Part shown: one piece after another, positions 45,797-49,115 of the stretch
Layout: each line of letters begins with the position of its first letter
Numbering within the stretch: the stretch's first letter is position 1
Assembly (NCBI GenBank): GCA_037446215.1
Contig: JBBIJB010000011.1
Coordinates: forward strand, 329-49,443
DNA length: 49,115 nt
Direction: 5' to 3'
Source: Armatimonadota bacterium
Lineage (GTDB): Bacteria; Sysuimicrobiota; Sysuimicrobiia; Sysuimicrobiales; Humicultoraceae
Program-made: the position numbers and the translations under genes
Notes under the pieces: model-generated
The model's input: the letters and a program-made list of their open reading frames with translations, nothing else
Told to the model about the DNA's origin: nothing
Database searches by the model: none

Positions 45797-47217
45797 TTGT
45801 CTGCTGACCTGCTCGCGCTGGCGGTGGTGGTAGCGTCGGCACTCGGGTTCGCCGCGGCCGGTGTGCTGCACGCGAGGTCGCGCCGCCTCTCCGTGGAGGA
45901 CTACATCTCAGGGCGCTACTCCGCGGGGACAGGCGTCACCGCCGCCACGGTCGTGGCCTCGGCGATGGGCGCCTGGGTCCTGTTCAGCCCGGCGGAGGCG
46001 GGTACCTGGGGCGGGGTGGCGGCGCTTGCCGGCTACGGTCTCGGCAGCGCCGCGCCGATGCTGGTGCTGATACCGCTCGGCCTCAGGATGCGGACGCTGG
46101 TACCGGCGGGTCACTCCCTCGCCGAGTTCGTGTGGGTCCGGTACGGGAGGGGGATGTACGCGGTCACAGTCGCCGTGATGCTCTTCTACATGGTCGTCTT
46201 CCTAACCGCCGAGATGACCGGGATAGCCCTGGCGGTCAACCTCGTCGCCGAGACGCCCCTCGCCCTCACCGCGGCGGTCGTCGGCGCGGCCACCGTGGCC
46301 TACACCGCCTACGGCGGGTTTGCCTCGACGGTCTTCACCGACAGGATTCAGGCCGCGGTGATCCTCCCGCTCCTGGCGCTGATGTTTGCCGGCGCGGCCG
46401 CGGGGAACAGGTGCGATTGCGAGGATCGAGGCGGAGGCGCCGGCCTTGCTCTCGTTCACCCACAGGCCCGGCGTGGAAGCAGGCCTAACCTTCGTGATAG
46501 CGATCGTGGCCGCCAACCTCTTCCACCAGGGGTACTGGCAGAGGGTCTACATGGCGCGTGACGCCAGGGTGCTACGCAGGGCGTTTCTGATCGCCGCGGC
46601 GGTGGTGGTCCCGATAGTGATCCTGCCCGGGCTGCTCGGCGTCGCGGCGAAGGCTGCCGGTCACCGCCGCTCCATCGGTTGCCATGTTCGGACTGCTGCT
46701 GTCGGTGGCGCCCGGATGGCTCGTGCTCGTTGTGATGGCGCTGGCCGTGGCGCTTACCATGAGCAGCATGGACACGCTGTTGAACGGGCTCACGGCGGTC
46801 TTCACGGCCGACCTGGCGCGTCTGCGGCCCACTTCCGGCGCGAGGCGGCTCCTGCGCTGGTCCCGCCTGTTCACCCTCCTGATCGCCGGAGGAGCCATAG
46901 CCGTCGCCTCGCGCGGCTACAGCGTGCTCTACCTTTTCCTGCTCGCGGACCTGGTGTGCGCGGCCGCGGTGGTTCCGGTCTTCCTCGGCCTGTACGCCGC
47001 GCGCTTCTCCGGCCGGGCCGCCGTGGTATGCACGCTGGCCGGCATCGCGGCAGGTGCCGCGTGGTTCCCTGATCCTGAGTTCTCCCGCGGCCACCTGCTG
47101 ACATCGTTCGTGCTGGCGGCGGCGATCCCGACGGCTCTGGGCGCCGTGCTGATGCGCCTCGGAAGTCCCTACGACCTGAGTCGGCTGCGGGCGTCGATAA
47201 GGCCGGTTGCCGACTGA
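45797..47217 (+). pseudogene. Sodium:solute symporter (SSF) family transporter, reading frame broken twice (+1 each)
   Basis: Three consecutive frames each carry SSF-like sequence. Frame A runs to ~46413 (..YISGRYSAGTGV.., ..TDRIQAAVILPLLALMFAGAAAG). Frame B covers ~46414-46655 (TGAIARIEAEAP..AANLFHQGYWQRVYMARD..LLGVAAKAAG). Frame C runs from ~46656 to the stop at 47217 (PVTAPSVAMFGLLLSVAPGWL..TMSSMDTLLNGL..). The first break is at the GGGG run 46412-46415. Start is TTG 45797, 9 nt after GGAGG (alternatives ATG 45788 or ATG 45716). Confidence 0.75.
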
Positions 47218-47239
47218 TGCGGAACGGAGGTGTTCGGCG

Positions 47240-47743
47240 GTGACACGCAAGCTGGTTTTGGCAGGGCTCTTCGCGGCCCTGCCTGTGGTGCTGTCCTTTG
47301 TCCCGGGCTCGATACCGGTGGCAGGAGCCAAATTGCTGCCCTGGCAGCACATGACCAATGCCGTCGCGGGGGTGCTGATCGGCCCCTGGTACGCGGCGCT
47401 CTCGGCCACGGCGGCCGCGGTCCTGAGGAACGCGTTCGGTGTCGGAACCCCGCTCGCGTTTCCGGGAGGCATACCCGGAGCACTGGTGGTCGGATTCGCC
47501 TATGCCGTCTGGCGCCGTCCCTGGGTGGGGCTGCTCGAGCCCATCGGCACCGTGGTCGTTGGCGCGACGGTTGGCGCGCTTATCGTCGCGCCTGCCTTGA
47601 TGGGTAAGGCGCTTGCGCTCGGCACGCTGGCCTACCTGTTCGCGCTGAGCAGCGTGCCCGGATCGCTCCTGGGGGTAGCTGTGCTGTTCGCGCTGCGCAG
47701 GAGCGGCGTTCCCGCCGCGACCCAGGCGGTGCGCCTGAGGTGA
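47240..47743 (+). CDS. thiW: ECF-type thiazole (HET) transporter S component ThiW
   Basis: (M)TRKLVLAGLFAALPVVLSFVPGSIPVAGAKLLPWQHMTNAVAGVLIGPWYA.. is a typical ThiW. GTG 47240 lies 9 nt after GGAGG (47226-47230). Confidence 0.85.
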   Translation: MTRKLVLAGLFAALPVVLSFVPGSIPVAGAKLLPWQHMTNAVAGVLIGPWYAALSATAAAVLRNAFGVGTPLAFPGGIPGALVVGFAYAVWRRPWVGLLEPIGTVVVGATVGALIVAPALMGKALALGTLAYLFALSSVPGSLLGVAVLFALRRSGVPAATQAVRLR

Positions 47744-47795
47744 GGGTTCGCGGGCAACGCCCGCGGACAAGGCATCCGCGATAGGAGAGCCTGTG

Positions 47796-48617
47796 ATGGC
47801 TGACGCGCGCGACATCTCCGACCTCCAACTCGGTGCCCTACTCTCCGCGCTCCGGGGGCGGCGGCCGCTCGTCCATTTGATATCGAACCTCGTGACCCTG
47901 CACGCCGTGGCGGGGGCGCTTCGGGCGGTGGGGGCGCTGCCCGTTGCGGCCCTGGCGCCGGAGGATGCCGAGGAGGCGGTCCTGGCCGCGGATGCGCTCG
48001 TACTGAACCTCGGGACCCCCACCGGCGAGAGGATGGAGGCGGCAACGGTCGCCGGCAGGAAGGCTGAGGAGCGAGGGATTCCCGTGGTGCTGGACCCGGT
48101 AGGCGCGGGCGCGACCCCCCTTCGCACAGATGGTGCTCGCCGCGTGCTGGCAGCGGTGAGGGTAGACGTGATTCGCTCGAACCCGGGCGAGGCGTCGGCC
48201 CTGCTGGGCCGGCCCGGAATGGTCCGGGGCGTCGAGTCAGTCGGGGCGGTAGAGGACGGCGCGGTCCTGGCGAGGTCGCTGGCGCGCGAGCTCGGCTGCG
48301 TGGCCGCGATCACGGGGCCCACCGACTCCCTGGCAGGGCCGGGCGGGCTCGTGCTGGTCGAGAACGGGCATCCCTGGCTCGGCCACGCCGTGGGGACCGG
48401 CTGCATCGCCTCCGCGCTGGTGGGCGCCTTCTGCGCCGTGGGCTCCGACCGCCTCTCTTGCGCGGCCGCTGCCCTAGCATGCCTCGGGGTGGCGTCCGAA
48501 GCCGCGGCTTCGGACGCCCGGGGGCCGGGCTCACTGATCCCAGCCGTGCTAGATGCCCTCTACCACATGACCCCTGAAGGGCTCGATCGTTCCGCGAGGG
48601 TGAGGGTCGTTCCTTGA
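47796..48617 (+). CDS. thiM: Hydroxyethylthiazole kinase
   Basis: PLVHLISNLVTLHAVAGALRAVGALPVAA, LVLNLGTP, VVLDPVGAGAT, VIRSNPGEASAL, VGTGC. ATG 47796 (or GTG 47793) behind AGGAG. Confidence 0.9.
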   Translation: MADARDISDLQLGALLSALRGRRPLVHLISNLVTLHAVAGALRAVGALPVAALAPEDAEEAVLAADALVLNLGTPTGERMEAATVAGRKAEERGIPVVLDPVGAGATPLRTDGARRVLAAVRVDVIRSNPGEASALLGRPGMVRGVESVGAVEDGAVLARSLARELGCVAAITGPTDSLAGPGGLVLVENGHPWLGHAVGTGCIASALVGAFCAVGSDRLSCAAAALACLGVASEAAASDARGPGSLIPAVLDALYHMTPEGLDRSARVRVVP

Positions 48618-49115
48618 GGTTTGATCCCACGCTCTACGTCATCACCGACAGGGCGGCCGCGCTGGGCAGGCCGCTGGAGGAGGTGGTGGCCGCGGCGATA
48701 CGCGGCGGCGCGACCGTAGTCCAGCTCCGCGACAAGGACTCGAGCGCGGGCGCCCTGGTCGCGACCGGGCGGCTGCTGCTCCCCGTCACCCGTTTGGCAG
48801 GAGTGCCCCTGATAGTGAACGACAGGGTGGACGTCGCGATGGCCATCGGCGCGGACGGCGTGCACCTGGGGCAGGACGACCTGCCCGCTGCCGAGGCGAG
48901 GCGGCTGCTGGGCCCGGAGGCTATCCTGGGCGTCTCGGCTTCGAGCGTCGAAGAGGCGGTCGCGGCCGAGTCCGCCGGCGCCGACTACCTGGGGGTGGGC
49001 AGCGTATTCGCGACGGGTACCAAGCCGGACGCCGGCGCGCCCATAGGCCCTGGGGCCCTCTCTCCCATCCGGGCCGCCGTCAGGATACCCGTGGTCGCGA
49101 TCGGAGGGGTGACCG
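48614..49115 (+). CDS. thiE: Thiamine-phosphate synthase (3' end cut by window edge)
   Basis: TTG 48614 overlaps the thiM stop (TTGA). My own translation gives LRFDPTLYVITDRAAALGRPLEEVVAAAIRGGATVVQLRDKD...LIVNDRVDVAMAIGADGVHLGQDD...GVSASSVEEA...ADYLGVGSVFATGTK; open to the end of the window. Confidence 0.9.
   Translation, partial: MRFDPTLYVITDRAAALGRPLEEVVAAAIRGGATVVQLRDKDSSAGALVATGRLLLPVTRLAGVPLIVNDRVDVAMAIGADGVHLGQDDLPAAEARRLLGPEAILGVSASSVEEAVAAESAGADYLGVGSVFATGTKPDAGAPIGPGALSPIRAAVRIPVVAIGGVT

Overview
GC-rich (about two-thirds G+C by eye, not computed) bacterial chromosomal window. It is almost fully coding, with about 45 CDS on both strands. I saw no rRNA, tRNA, CRISPR, transposase or phage genes. 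The backbone is housekeeping with Bacillus-like synteny: rho-rpmE-[inserted ORF]-tdk-prfA-prmC-rpiB-glyA(inverted)-upp, and ctc-pth, plus argS, glnA, ppa, dinB, pncB and corA. Strong GGAGG ribosome-binding sites, several TGnTATAAT extended -10 promoters and an SLH wall-anchored protein suggest a high-GC Bacillota-like lineage (inference only). Accessory modules: (1) an MttB-family methyltransferase with its corrinoid protein; (2) a MurK-like/MurQ/AnmK muropeptide-recycling operon; (3) a GNAT plus N-succinylamino-acid racemase/OSBS pair; (4) a tungsten-type aldehyde:ferredoxin oxidoreductase followed by a beta-grasp protein, a MoaD-MoeA fusion and a frameshifted MoeA-PBP fusion; (5) a TPP riboswitch driving an SSF transporter (frame broken twice)-thiW-thiM-thiE. 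The most unusual items are: a PlsY-like membrane domain fused to an acyl-ACP-reductase-like (COG5322) Rossmann domain; an SLH protein with a BsuPI-like domain nested inside its second SLH repeat; two genes whose conserved N-termini are reachable only from ATT codons behind strong SD sites; and three indel-type frame breaks confined to 42.3-46.7 kb. I found no convincing defence island or clearly novel multi-gene system, and the window is mostly core genome. All family assignments come from reading the translated ORFs by eye; no searches were run.
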